Shown piece after piece: positions 49,535-59,847 of a DNA stretch of 64,000 nt; within the stretch, counting starts at the first letter, position 1; each line of letters starts with the position of its first letter. The notes beneath the pieces were generated by a model. The model worked only from the letters and a program-made list of their open reading frames with translations, searched no databases and was not told where the DNA came from. The stretch comes from an uncultured virus (IMG/VR IMGVR_UViG_3300027763_002034) (taxonomy: Duplodnaviria > Heunggongvirae > Uroviricota > Caudoviricetes): positions 1 to 64,000 of IMG/VR virus record IMGVR_UViG_3300027763_002034; one strand, given 5' to 3'. The translations under genes were made by a program, and so were the position numbers.

Positions 49535-50253
49535 TATTTCGTGAATATACCTTTTTTAATCATCCTATCCAAGATATTAGCACATGCAATATCTAAAGCT
49601 TTCTTTGTTGCAATACTAATTGTTGATTGATTGAATTTAATTGGGTCTATCGTAGCGTCTGATAAAAGGGTTAACTCTCTTTTTGTTGTTGCCTCACCTA
49701 ATCCTGACCCACCAAACAAGACTCCTGTCTCTGCATCTGTAAATCTAACTTGGAGACCTATACGAGTTACCATATTGTCTTTAATACCGTCTTTTAGGTT
49801 GATAGTTTCATCTTCTGACACCGAGTAGTCATAACACTCAATAGTTACAAAATACTTCGCCAAATTGATTTTACCACGACCATCTAATTTATTCTCTGAA
49901 ATACCTGCCTGAGATGCTTTAAATTGTAGAAGCATCCTATTTTTTATTTCCGTTTTATCTTCGGTAAATTTGAACCTGTTTAGGTTTTCAAGGTATTCCA
50001 TTGATATATTTGCAACCCCTAAACCAACTCTTTTTTCTTTCAATTCAGGATACATCTCATACATTTCATCAGAAATTCCAGCCTTTAATATTTGAATTGG
50101 AATTTGGGGACCATCGTAATCCATATACGCAGAAATATCTTTCTTTTTCTCAAAATCCGCTTTATAATCCTCTGTCTTAGTCTTACCTATTGTTTGACTA
50201 CTTGCAACAAGACTTACTAAACAAACGCTTAATAATATAAATAATTTTTTCAT
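49534..50253 (-). CDS. CsgG/HfaB-like protein with signal peptide
   Basis: GLGVANI..EYL...NRF..E, GKI..AKY.V...YDY, IGLQVRF.DAETG. Confidence 0.7.
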   Translation of the reverse strand: MKKLFILLSVCLVSLVASSQTIGKTKTEDYKADFEKKKDISAYMDYDGPQIPIQILKAGISDEMYEMYPELKEKRVGLGVANISMEYLENLNRFKFTEDKTEIKNRMLLQFKASQAGISENKLDGRGKINLAKYFVTIECYDYSVSEDETINLKDGIKDNMVTRIGLQVRFTDAETGVLFGGSGLGEATTKRELTLLSDATIDPIKFNQSTISIATKKALDIACANILDRMIKKGIFTK

Positions 50254-50262
50254 ATATTTTTT

Positions 50263-51006
50263 TTAAGGGTTCCATTTATTTAATGAACTAATATATCCAT
50301 CGGTCATGTGGTCTTTAATGTTCTTACCCGTTACCATAGATTTCAAATAATTCCAAGCACGTTCCCAATCAATCATGAACTTCTTAATATTACCCTCACT
50401 ATCGATACGTAACATCTGATTGACGTGATAGTATCCAATATATGGAGAATGTGTTACCACGTCGTTATTATGAACGATTCTTAATGACTCAATTGGTGAT
50501 TTATCAAAGTTCTGTTTGAATACTTTATTTCCAACTCTTGGACTACCGATAGTGCAACATATAATCTTATTTGATTTATAAATTGAATAAATCTCATATG
50601 CACACAAAGTAGAAACCGCAGCTCCCAAACTGTGTCCACAAACAACAATATTATCAACTTCACCTTCTCCACCTAATGTGGATAATGCTTTTTCAAATGA
50701 TTTATAAGTTTCGTCTTTAACAGCGTCCCAAGATGATTTAAAACCAATATGGACTTTCTCACCTTCTTGAATAAATGGAACTTTGTCAATTGACGCGTCG
50801 TTTTGGAAATCCTTTTTAGAAGAACTTCCTCTCCAAACGATATAGATGGATTTGTCTTTTGTTGCAACAAATCCTTGTGTGTCTGTTTTTTTATCGTCAA
50901 TCCATTTAATTAATTTTAATCTTTGTGCTTTAAAATCAATGTCTTTTTGTTCTGAATATACTTTGTCAGTTAAACCAACATTATATAGTATTTCGTTTTT
51001 TGTCAT
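50263..51006 (-). CDS. Class 3 lipase
   Basis: WRGS, VHIGF, GHSLG, GSPRVGN, DVV, terminal DH. Confidence 0.9.
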   Translation of the reverse strand: MTKNEILYNVGLTDKVYSEQKDIDFKAQRLKLIKWIDDKKTDTQGFVATKDKSIYIVWRGSSSKKDFQNDASIDKVPFIQEGEKVHIGFKSSWDAVKDETYKSFEKALSTLGGEGEVDNIVVCGHSLGAAVSTLCAYEIYSIYKSNKIICCTIGSPRVGNKVFKQNFDKSPIESLRIVHNNDVVTHSPYIGYYHVNQMLRIDSEGNIKKFMIDWERAWNYLKSMVTGKNIKDHMTDGYISSLNKWNP

Positions 51007-52076
51007 TTTGTTTTTGTTTTAGATTGATCACCCTTCTTTAAAAATATATCAAATATTGTTTTAGGACAATATTCTACAAGTAATATTAAACCCTTCCTCA
51101 ATGTGGAGTTTTTTACGACGTGATTTAAAATTTCCTTAATAACCTCTTTAATGGCGAAATTTTTAGTGTCAAAATATGTTCCATCAAAATATCTTGGACT
51201 TGTTCCCTCACCACCTGGTGAACCGTGATGAGCACCTATAGAAGTGCGCCAATAGTCAGCGTGATTTTGCCATTCAGGAATTGAAACTAATTCAGGTGAA
51301 TCAAAAAATAAGTTCCACGATAATACATTACCTTTTTGTAACATATTACCCGTACCTAAATTAAAAAGGTTTAAAAAGTATTGATTAAACTTATCTAATT
51401 TCTCATCGTTTGTTGGCACCATTCTTCCTATTTCCACATTGATATGTCCTGTACTATATGCTTCTTCCTTTATAGCAAAATCAGGATTCTTAAATCTTGG
51501 TGATAAACCCTTTCCAAGTTGGAATATAGGTTCTTTAGGATTTCCTGGTAGATGTGTTAAAACACGAATAGCATTATCTTTGTCGATAGGATATTTACGA
51601 GAACTATATTTTAATAATGGCCAAATTGCTCTTAATAGACCACCTTGATTTTCACCTGGTGTTAACCAAATTTTTCCCTCAACCATCATATCTGCCGCAA
51701 TTTCCTTTGTGTCTTCATTAACCCATCCTCTTTGTCCTGTAACAGTTACTTCCACATTGATACAAATTTCATCCCCAATCCACATCCCTTGTTGAGGACA
51801 TATTATGGAATAAATCCTACCTTCATTGGTGTATCCTATTCTAGAAATATAAGGAGCAAATTGTACATAACAACGCTTTGGGTCCTTTTCTCCATTTAGG
51901 GTATTCCAACTAAACATTGGCCATTTAACACCCCATTGTCTTTGTAGTAAATTAATGTTATCCATATTACCCAACATAGGTAATGAAGTTAAATCCGTAG
52001 TAGGATATAACATTTTCTTTTGTTTTTCAGATGGAAAGCCACCTTGCCATCCCGTAGGAATTTGTTCTTCTATCAT
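51003..52076 (-). CDS. Hypothetical protein
   Basis: 357-aa ORF overlapping lipase start. Confidence 0.65.
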   Translation of the reverse strand: MIEEQIPTGWQGGFPSEKQKKMLYPTTDLTSLPMLGNMDNINLLQRQWGVKWPMFSWNTLNGEKDPKRCYVQFAPYISRIGYTNEGRIYSIICPQQGMWIGDEICINVEVTVTGQRGWVNEDTKEIAADMMVEGKIWLTPGENQGGLLRAIWPLLKYSSRKYPIDKDNAIRVLTHLPGNPKEPIFQLGKGLSPRFKNPDFAIKEEAYSTGHINVEIGRMVPTNDEKLDKFNQYFLNLFNLGTGNMLQKGNVLSWNLFFDSPELVSIPEWQNHADYWRTSIGAHHGSPGGEGTSPRYFDGTYFDTKNFAIKEVIKEILNHVVKNSTLRKGLILLVEYCPKTIFDIFLKKGDQSKTKTK

Positions 52077-52095
52077 ATTGTATTTTGTTTTATAT

Positions 52096-52362
52096 TTATT
52101 TTTTATTTATTAATTCTTCAACATACTTATCCCTTTGTTCTTGAAGATATTTGGTTCTCTCAAGTAATCTTGTTCTTTCGTCGTCGGTTAATTTTAAAAC
52201 TAATGTTTCCTTCTCATCTACCATTTTCTTGTATTCATTAATTTGATTACTGAAATTGACGTTTTGATAATACAATATACCTACCAATAAAATGATGGTA
52301 AATGATTGTTCTTTTAATTTAGTAAAAAATACGTCTGTCCCGTTTTGTGATTGTCCCGCCAT
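52096..52362 (-). CDS. Single-TM protein with coiled coil
   Basis: SFTIILLVGILYY then heptad region. Confidence 0.6.
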   Translation of the reverse strand: MAGQSQNGTDVFFTKLKEQSFTIILLVGILYYQNVNFSNQINEYKKMVDEKETLVLKLTDDERTRLLERTKYLQEQRDKYVEELINKK

Positions 52363-52385
52363 AAAATACTTTAATATAAATACAC

Positions 52386-52411
52386 AAAAAAGGGAGTTTT
52401 TAACTCCCTTT
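52386..52411 (-). terminator. Intrinsic terminator
   Basis: AAAGGGAGTT-TTT-AACTCCCTTT with A-run. Confidence 0.6.
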
Positions 52412-52414
52412 CAT

Positions 52415-52663
52415 TTAACCTTCCGTTTCGTCTTTCTTTTTGTGAGAGAATTTATCCAAAGTATCAGCACCCATTCCAATTCCCGTGATTAACATTACCG
52501 CATTCACCAATTCAGGTGATGGGGCAAAATCCGCGTGAGAGAACGAATTTAACATCATTGTTATACATAGGAATAATGCACCTATCATTGCTATTACCGG
52601 TTTTACCGATATTGATCCTCTTTCGTCTTTGAAAATTTCAACTACCCATTCTTTAAAGTTCAT
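52415..52663 (-). CDS. Two-TM small membrane protein (holin-like)
   Basis: Two hydrophobic helices, charged tail. Confidence 0.6.
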   Translation of the reverse strand: MNFKEWVVEIFKDERGSISVKPVIAMIGALFLCITMMLNSFSHADFAPSPELVNAVMLITGIGMGADTLDKFSHKKKDETEG

Positions 52664-52688
52664 AATTATTATTTTTTGTCTTGTTTAT

Positions 52689-53261
52689 TTATCCCTCAAC
52701 GTCTTCACGTAAAAGTCCACATTTTTGACACTCCTCGTGTCCATCATGGTCAGAATCTCCCCACTCATGTACACATTGTCTGTGAGCGTGATGTTCAAAT
52801 TCCAATTTTTCCATTTCTTGTTCATGTTCTTGTTGGTCTTTTTCCAACTCAAAATTTTGTTGGTTTTCAACTACAGCCAATTCTCTCGCAGCTTGAGCTC
52901 CTTGAACAAATGCATCAGGAATAATCGGTGTAAATGGTTTGTTACTTTCCTTTATGTCATTAACACTACCCAATGATACACCATCTTCCTCATCCATTTT
53001 TTGAACTAACATTTTGTCCTTATCAGTATCACTAAACCAGTAATCTATGATTTTACCATAACTACCAATAAATGCACCTAACAATAATAAAAGTAATTCC
53101 TTCCATTCAGCCGCCATTGGGGTTTTCAATGCGATTGCTGTAAACATACCTGCAATTATCATCATAAAACCTCCCAACACCATTGCAGATATGAACCATC
53201 TGCGTTGCATCATTGAGTTTAATAATTCTTTAAATCCACTTGGCGGTTGTTGATTACTCAT
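52689..53261 (-). CDS. Two-TM membrane protein with acidic/His-Cys C-terminus
   Basis: LLLLLGAF...IIDYWF; C-terminal C.HEW..C.KCG. Confidence 0.65.
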   Translation of the reverse strand: MSNQQPPSGFKELLNSMMQRRWFISAMVLGGFMMIIAGMFTAIALKTPMAAEWKELLLLLLGAFIGSYGKIIDYWFSDTDKDKMLVQKMDEEDGVSLGSVNDIKESNKPFTPIIPDAFVQGAQAARELAVVENQQNFELEKDQQEHEQEMEKLEFEHHAHRQCVHEWGDSDHDGHEECQKCGLLREDVEG

Positions 53262-53349
53262 CTTTTTTTAATTTAAAACTATATCTTATTAAAAACGTTA
53301 ATAATCCAATAAAGAATATTACCGTTCCTATTTGATAGTATATTACCAT
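53254..53349 (-). CDS. 31-aa single-TM micropeptide (below ORF-track cutoff)
   Basis: MVIYYQIGTVIFFIGLLTFLIRYSFKLKKDE; overlaps both neighbours and fills the gap exactly. Confidence 0.55.
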   Translation of the reverse strand: MVIYYQIGTVIFFIGLLTFLIRYSFKLKKDE

Positions 53350-53654
53350 TTAGGTGCTTCTTCTTTAAACTCATCACCTTCTTTCTTCTTAGGTTTTGCA
53401 ACTGGTTGAGCTGGTTTACCGTCACCACCTTTATTGATGATTATAGTTTTACCTCCACCCGCTTGCTGAGTTTGAGTGTTTTGAATGTTGATTACAGGTG
53501 CCGCTTGTTGAACGGGAGCCTCTTTTTCGTCACCACCTGTTAATTTTGTTGTAAACCAACCACCAACACCTAATGTGATAGTGCTTACTAATCCGATAAT
53601 AATGTTCTTAATTGAACCACCGGTACTTTCTGATTTTTCTTGTTCTTCTGCCAT
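53343..53654 (-). CDS. Single-TM protein
   Basis: IIIGLVSTITLGVGGWF; PVINI motif. Confidence 0.65.
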   Translation of the reverse strand: MAEEQEKSESTGGSIKNIIIGLVSTITLGVGGWFTTKLTGGDEKEAPVQQAAPVINIQNTQTQQAGGGKTIIINKGGDGKPAQPVAKPKKKEGDEFKEEAPKW

Positions 53655-53686
53655 AATTTTGTGTTTTTTGTCTTTATATAATTATC

Positions 53687-54052
53687 TTAAATTTTATTAA
53701 AGTCCGTTATTGTTAACATATTACCTGCGGCGTCATATAAAGCGATTCTATACGCTGAGGACGGTAAAGCGGATGTATACACCCTTAAAATGTTATCACC
53801 AACCTTAACTTCACTTGTTGATTTTGATACGATTCTATTAGAAATATCAAATATTTTAACGGTTACGGTTTGATTTACATCACTTTTTATGTTCATAGCA
53901 ACCTCACTTGTTACAAATGGAGTTTCTAATTTTAACCCCACTGAACTTGAGATTTTAAGGTTGTCACTAATCACCTGTGGCATTGGGGTATCGTTTTTTC
54001 TACACCCAACCAATAAGATTAGTCCAAAGAGTACGAGAGATACTTTTTTCAT
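53687..54052 (-). CDS. Lipoprotein with T9SS-CTD/FlgD-like Ig domain
   Basis: LVGC lipobox; VTVKIFDI...ALPSSAY.I.L. Confidence 0.7.
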   Translation of the reverse strand: MKKVSLVLFGLILLVGCRKNDTPMPQVISDNLKISSSVGLKLETPFVTSEVAMNIKSDVNQTVTVKIFDISNRIVSKSTSEVKVGDNILRVYTSALPSSAYRIALYDAAGNMLTITDFNKI

Positions 54053-54064
54053 TTTTTGTCTTGT

Positions 54065-54412
54065 TTAATTTATAATTATTCTTGTTTTACCTATCTGTTG
54101 ATTATTTTGGTCTTTTAATACGACACTTAGGTTTTTTGTCGGTAAGGTATTAGTAAATATTTTAAGAGAGTTTAATCCTACTTTACCAGTAAATCTTTCC
54201 CTTGATACTACTTGGTTTTGAGCCGTATCAATCATTGTTAAAGTGTATACTCCTCCTGTAGTTAAATTAATATTAATAACATCCCCGTTTTTAACCGTGT
54301 TTTCGGACACACTAAAAAATTCTTTGTTATTGATTGACACAACGGGCGCCGAAGGTTCTATTTTTTTACACCCTACTAAAGTCAATACTAATATGAATAA
54401 TATCTTTTTCAT
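54065..54412 (-). CDS. Lipoprotein, paralogue of 53687..54052
   Basis: LVGC lipobox; VG.N.L..T..LP pattern shared. Confidence 0.7.
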   Translation of the reverse strand: MKKILFILVLTLVGCKKIEPSAPVVSINNKEFFSVSENTVKNGDVININLTTGGVYTLTMIDTAQNQVVSRERFTGKVGLNSLKIFTNTLPTKNLSVVLKDQNNQQIGKTRIIIN

Positions 54413-55305
54413 TAAAATTGAAAGTTTGTTCCTATCATAAACATTATTGGGTTACTCTTTTTATAACCAACTGACTCACTTAGTTTATCCCAAGTTTTAT
54501 TAAATCTGATATTAGTATTCAAAATAAATCTTTTAGTTATTTTCCAATCCATAGATGTACCATAATATAAGTCCAAATTGAAATCGTCTAAGTACGCTAA
54601 ATCGGATGACGTTCCATCTTTGAAATCTTTATAGATATCACTCATAGCAAATACTTGTGGTGAGATATTAACTAACTTTGTTTTGAATGTATACGTATAC
54701 ATCATCATACCTTTATAAGTTATTTGACTTGACGATGGAACCATTGGATAAATTAAATCTACAAAATTACCGTTTGCACCAACCGTATATTTTCCTTCCC
54801 ACGTACCTTCATATGACCCCCAAAATGATTTTGACGCAATTAAACTATAACCAAATGTTCCAAACTTTTTAGTTCTAAATACATCTATGAATGATAAGGT
54901 AATATCTTTTTGGAAATTAAAATCGGTTGAATAGAATGATTGTAATGTAGTAGTTCTTGTATTCGTATTTCTACTAAAACCATATCCTACTCCATAATAA
55001 TTCCATATCGGATTTATTGATGATGTGAATGAGTGACCCCATTTACCATTATTTGATGTTTTACTATATCCTAAATTTAAGGTAGTAGATACTTGCTTTC
55101 CAATTATACCTACTGAAAGGTTTGAAGATGAAAGAACATCTTTTGAAAAATCAATATACGACTCTAATATACCTAAATTATTCCAATCACCACTTTCTCC
55201 AAATAATTCTTTTGGTGATAGTTGTAATGTATCAGGTTTTACGATTTGTGCGTTTGCAACAAATCCAATTAAAACTAACGATATAATTAATAATATTTTT
55301 TTCAC
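54412..55305 (-). CDS. Outer-membrane beta-barrel protein
   Basis: Signal peptide ANA/Q, amphipathic strands, C-terminal GTNFQF BAM-type signal. Confidence 0.75.
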   Translation of the reverse strand: MKKILLIISLVLIGFVANAQIVKPDTLQLSPKELFGESGDWNNLGILESYIDFSKDVLSSSNLSVGIIGKQVSTTLNLGYSKTSNNGKWGHSFTSSINPIWNYYGVGYGFSRNTNTRTTTLQSFYSTDFNFQKDITLSFIDVFRTKKFGTFGYSLIASKSFWGSYEGTWEGKYTVGANGNFVDLIYPMVPSSSQITYKGMMMYTYTFKTKLVNISPQVFAMSDIYKDFKDGTSSDLAYLDDFNLDLYYGTSMDWKITKRFILNTNIRFNKTWDKLSESVGYKKSNPIMFMIGTNFQF

Positions 55306-55310
55306 TTATA

Positions 55311-55595
55311 TTATAAATTTAATAGTTTATTTTTCATCTCTTTGTAAAAAGCCGATTCAACATTCCACATCATAAGGCTATCTTTTCGTTTATTTTCACC
55401 ATTACATAACCATTCTTCACTTGCAATATCATCTATTTGGTATGCCACTTCTATAAATTCTTCTTCTTCCGTATATTGCCAATTATTAGAAGGGTTAGGA
55501 TGAATCCAACTAAAACACTTAACATTTACGATTTTATATTTTCCACCTTTAATGATAAAATTTTTCATTTCATCATATCCAAAATTAATTTCCAT
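55311..55595 (-). CDS. Hypothetical protein
   Basis: 94-aa ORF. Confidence 0.55.
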   Translation of the reverse strand: MEINFGYDEMKNFIIKGGKYKIVNVKCFSWIHPNPSNNWQYTEEEEFIEVAYQIDDIASEEWLCNGENKRKDSLMMWNVESAFYKEMKNKLLNL

Positions 55596-55600
55596 AATTT

Positions 55601-58198
55601 TTAATTTATTTTTATTTTTAATGTTTTTCCATCTTTATTAACTGCGTCCGTTGAACCTATTGAAATTAAACCCAATATGTTATCCAATTTTGTGTTTGAC
55701 GAAAATGAAATCTTATATGTTGTTGTCTTATCTAAACTTGTACTACCATCACTCACCAAAGAACCTAAATTAATGTAATTACCCTTGTTGGTTGCATAGT
55801 TGGTAGGTGAACCTTTTGTGGTAAATTGTATTCCTTTAAAATTTAAGACCGAATTATCATAGTTTAATTGAAATTGAGTTCCTACCACGTTTTGTTGTAA
55901 TGGGTCAAATGTGATGTAAGCATAAACACTATCACCAATTACTTCTGTTATTATAGATGCGTTAATATCGGTTGATATGGAGGTACTCATTGATGTTCTA
56001 ACCGACATTGTCGTAATATTATTTGATGGTGGTGTTGCTGAATGTGATAAGTTTACATCACCTTTCCAACTAACCGCTAAATCATAGTTATAACTTATTA
56101 CATCATCTAATAAACTGAATGAGTATGTTTTTCCTTTATATGATGTGAATGAACTCCACGTTGACTTACCTATTAAATTATAGATTGAGTCCGGTATTAC
56201 TTTTATTGTATTGTCTAATGTGTAACTACTAACTAAGTTTTGAGTACCTGTTAGATTTTGTAATAATTTGAAACAATCTGCTTCGTTAAAATATCCATCA
56301 TCATTTACATCTGCATTTATATACTGAATACCATATGTAAATTCATTTCCACTTTGATTTCCAAATATACCACCATTTGCCAATTCCTTAAATGCCAAAT
56401 AAACATCCGATACCGTTACAACACTATTATATAAAGTTCTCAATTGAACACTATCATATTCATTCAATTCCATTCTATGTTGTTTGTATGTACCTAATTG
56501 TGTAAATCCAAATTCCGCTTTTACCCCATAAAATCCATTTGCACTTCTTAAACTTGATGTATATGATGAACCCGTATAATTAAATTGCGTCGGTGTATAA
56601 ACATAATATTCAGCCCAACCATTTGGGTCATATGAATTAAATGTTACTGCACCATTCCATAAATCAAATAATTTTAATTTAGTTACATTACTCGGTGTTA
56701 TATTTGTTCCTATAAATTCTCTTGCATCAACACCAATTCTATATCTACCATTTGATGCATCATAATCATAAATTACACACCATTCAACTTGACCAGGAGA
56801 TGTAGTTGCTTTATATGACATTGGTGCCGATACAAATTGATAACTTAAATCCCAACCACCCCAATCAGATGTTGTTATACCATTACGGGTTGATGCGGTA
56901 TAATTATTTTTTCCTTCAACTACTTTAATATAAATTTCTTTTGTTTGTCCAATTGTTAAAACTCCAGCATGTACAGCCATGGCAGGAATATAAGAGTCGT
57001 TTGTGTAAATATCAGTTCCCCATCCACCACCACTTGCACCGGTTACGGTCATTTTATATATTTTACCGATATCTGCAGTAGTGAATTGTGTCATATCACT
57101 TACTCCATTTAAAGGTATTGCAACTGACGTGAATATTTGTGCAGTATCTATTTGGTTTGAAAGATATACTTTACCCAAACCACTTAATGATTTATATCCA
57201 TCTGCTGCAGTCCAATTAGATGTGTTATCGTTTCTTTTGAATATTTGAGCGGTGAATTTAGTTTTATCAATTGAACTATTAAACTTAAATCCAAATAGTG
57301 CTTTTATAGTTTGTCCGTTTGAGTGAGCAACACTATTAGTATAAAATTCAGTAAATGTTGCATCATCAGGATTACTCCAAGTCCCATATTCAATTACATA
57401 AGCACAACTAAAGTTATTTGGTAAATCATTCCATTGAGTGCCACCACCCCATTTAGTTACTGCGTAATCTTCGTTACCACTATTGTTTGGTTCACCACCT
57501 GCCCAGTTATTATATTGACCTGGAATGTTTCCGTTTGTTTGTCCATTGTTAATTTTAATCAGAGTTCCTTTTTCAGGTCCAGCATCTATTGTCCATCTAG
57601 CTTCACTTACTTCATCGGTTAATGCAAACCAAATATTTGATTGAGGTACATTATTATAAATAAATGCATCTTCATCTGCAGAAGTAATTGTTACCAAATA
57701 TCCTGTCTGTCCTTTGAATGTTGTTTGCAATGCTGCGGCTCTTGCTACTGTGTAATATGCTCCAGTTGATACGGGTTTGTAAAAGTGTCCGTTTACACCA
57801 TTAAAATAATATCCCGTTGGGTTTACAGTTGCAGCCACTGAAATATTAATATCTCCCGTTATTGTTCCTGTGTTTATCTTTAATGTTGCTAATGCTGTAT
57901 TGATACTAGCCATTGTTCCAGTTACCACCAAACGAGTTTTATTACCACTTAAAGTAAATCCACTTGCAGCAGTTAAACCTGTTGTTGTTCCTAAAGAAAA
58001 TGTTGTACCGGATGGAGGATTAACTAAACTGATTGAAGTTAGTAAAGTTGCTGTTGTACTAAATCCAGTTAATTCAAATCCACTAGCGTCTTGTCCTGTG
58101 GTATTCACAGTAAATGATTTAGGGTCTGGTGCCGTTACTGACTGACCAAACCCTAAAAATGATATAAATAAAAATAATACTATTAATAGTTTCTTCAT
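55601..58198 (-). CDS. Secreted multidomain adhesin-like protein: C-type lectin, LCCL, dockerin, cohesin
   Basis: YNNW..GEPNN..EDY..WNDL; WGTDIYTNDS....AVHAG; ADVNDDGYFNEAD; GTQFQLNYD. Confidence 0.75.
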   Translation of the reverse strand: MKKLLIVLFLFISFLGFGQSVTAPDPKSFTVNTTGQDASGFELTGFSTTATLLTSISLVNPPSGTTFSLGTTTGLTAASGFTLSGNKTRLVVTGTMASINTALATLKINTGTITGDINISVAATVNPTGYYFNGVNGHFYKPVSTGAYYTVARAAALQTTFKGQTGYLVTITSADEDAFIYNNVPQSNIWFALTDEVSEARWTIDAGPEKGTLIKINNGQTNGNIPGQYNNWAGGEPNNSGNEDYAVTKWGGGTQWNDLPNNFSCAYVIEYGTWSNPDDATFTEFYTNSVAHSNGQTIKALFGFKFNSSIDKTKFTAQIFKRNDNTSNWTAADGYKSLSGLGKVYLSNQIDTAQIFTSVAIPLNGVSDMTQFTTADIGKIYKMTVTGASGGGWGTDIYTNDSYIPAMAVHAGVLTIGQTKEIYIKVVEGKNNYTASTRNGITTSDWGGWDLSYQFVSAPMSYKATTSPGQVEWCVIYDYDASNGRYRIGVDAREFIGTNITPSNVTKLKLFDLWNGAVTFNSYDPNGWAEYYVYTPTQFNYTGSSYTSSLRSANGFYGVKAEFGFTQLGTYKQHRMELNEYDSVQLRTLYNSVVTVSDVYLAFKELANGGIFGNQSGNEFTYGIQYINADVNDDGYFNEADCFKLLQNLTGTQNLVSSYTLDNTIKVIPDSIYNLIGKSTWSSFTSYKGKTYSFSLLDDVISYNYDLAVSWKGDVNLSHSATPPSNNITTMSVRTSMSTSISTDINASIITEVIGDSVYAYITFDPLQQNVVGTQFQLNYDNSVLNFKGIQFTTKGSPTNYATNKGNYINLGSLVSDGSTSLDKTTTYKISFSSNTKLDNILGLISIGSTDAVNKDGKTLKIKIN

Positions 58199-58201
58199 AA
58201 A

Positions 58202-59845
58202 TTATTCAACAATCAAATTAATCTTGTTTCCGTTTCCATCAACCGCGTCAGCTAAAACTGTATAGAATAAACCTGCGGTATTTGTTATGGTTTCTTTTGG
58301 TATAAAAGTTAATTTATATGGTGTTCCTATTTTAATTCTTGCTGTTTTTGTTTGATCCATAGAACCAAATGTTAATCTACCATCTCCGTTTGTTGAGAAG
58401 TTAGTTACACTTGGACCCGCATCAAATGAGATATTATCAAATGTTAATTTTGTATTGTCGTATTGTAAGATTACTTCTAATCCCGCCAATCCATCTTTTG
58501 TTAATGTTCCTGTTAATACTACTTTACCATTAACTATTGTAGAATTTAATCCTAATGTTGCCTTTTCTGATGTTGGTGTATATGCCATTGATTGAACTGC
58601 AAATGATTTAATTGTTGTACCATCTTTTATTGAATTAAAGTATGTACCAGCTGCAATTCTACTTGCAATCTCAGTTGGGTCAGATGAATGAGACCAATCC
58701 AAATCTCCACCCCAAGCATAAACCATATCTACCGCTTGATTTGAAGATGTTACTTTTGTTTTATAAGTAGGAACACCATCTAACCAACTTTGATTTAATA
58801 ATCCACTAAACCATTTGTATAATCCACTATTTGTACTTAATGGAACCCATGCCTTTTCTTTTACATCAATACCCATCACATATGCAAACATATAATATGA
58901 ATCACTCTCACTAAATGTAGTTTTATCTTTTGTAATTTGAGCTATATTCTTTTGTAATGTTGGTCTTGTAAAATATGTTGGAGTACCTGTTAAATCTACT
59001 TGTGAAATACCTAAAAATGCTTTATATGCGTCCGATACTGTGATGATGTTATTCATAAACGACTTCCCTGTTGCTCCATACATCCATAATGCTAAACTAT
59101 CACCTACTTTAACTCCCGATGTGAATGTTGCCTCACCACTTGCGTCCAATACTTTAGTCGCAATTGGTGTTACCGTAAAATCAATAGTACCATCCGTTTT
59201 TATTGGAAATAACGCAACACTATGTGCTGTAATATCGTATCCTGTTGGGAATAATACCCTTACTTTGAATTGAGATGTGTTACCCGTTACATTTGATAAA
59301 GACATTGTGCCTGGATCAGTTGTAATTGGTGTGATATATGCACTCGCAGCGTCAATTGAATATGATAAGTCCAATTTATGAATGTTTGTGTATTCACCTA
59401 AATCTTTAATTACATATTTTTGAGTTGCTATATCTCCGTTGATTGATGCATCCGTTCTTTGAACAGTTAATTGACCTGCGTTCCAATCTGAATTAGTTGC
59501 GTATCCCCAAGGTGTCGCACCATATTGAGCATATAAACTTGTTGCGGTAATACTATTTGCAGTACTTGCGGTAAACTTATAAGATGACCAACTTGTATAG
59601 AATGTTTGAACTGATGTTCCTTGTGAGAACGTTGTTGAGACATATGCAAGTGCTTTGTTATTATAGTTATATCTTAACCAAAAATAACGAGGAGTTGTTG
59701 TGCCTCTAGCAACCGTATACTTTACCGAAACCGTATCACCAACCTTTAACCCTGTTGTTGGTGTTACAGATTGGTTAACCGTTAATTGCGCATTTGTTGC
59801 TATGGATATTACTAGTATTCCAAGTAGCGTTAATAATTTTTTCAT
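58202..59845 (-). CDS. Secreted cohesin-containing protein with degenerate dockerin
   Basis: Signal peptide; LRYNYNNKAL and GLEVILQYDNTKLTF cohesin-like strands; TVSDAY.AF and WGGDLDWSHS shared with upstream-paralogous 865-aa protein. Confidence 0.7.
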   Translation of the reverse strand: MKKLLTLLGILVISIATNAQLTVNQSVTPTTGLKVGDTVSVKYTVARGTTTPRYFWLRYNYNNKALAYVSTTFSQGTSVQTFYTSWSSYKFTASTANSITATSLYAQYGATPWGYATNSDWNAGQLTVQRTDASINGDIATQKYVIKDLGEYTNIHKLDLSYSIDAASAYITPITTDPGTMSLSNVTGNTSQFKVRVLFPTGYDITAHSVALFPIKTDGTIDFTVTPIATKVLDASGEATFTSGVKVGDSLALWMYGATGKSFMNNIITVSDAYKAFLGISQVDLTGTPTYFTRPTLQKNIAQITKDKTTFSESDSYYMFAYVMGIDVKEKAWVPLSTNSGLYKWFSGLLNQSWLDGVPTYKTKVTSSNQAVDMVYAWGGDLDWSHSSDPTEIASRIAAGTYFNSIKDGTTIKSFAVQSMAYTPTSEKATLGLNSTIVNGKVVLTGTLTKDGLAGLEVILQYDNTKLTFDNISFDAGPSVTNFSTNGDGRLTFGSMDQTKTARIKIGTPYKLTFIPKETITNTAGLFYTVLADAVDGNGNKINLIVE

Positions 59846-59847
59846 AG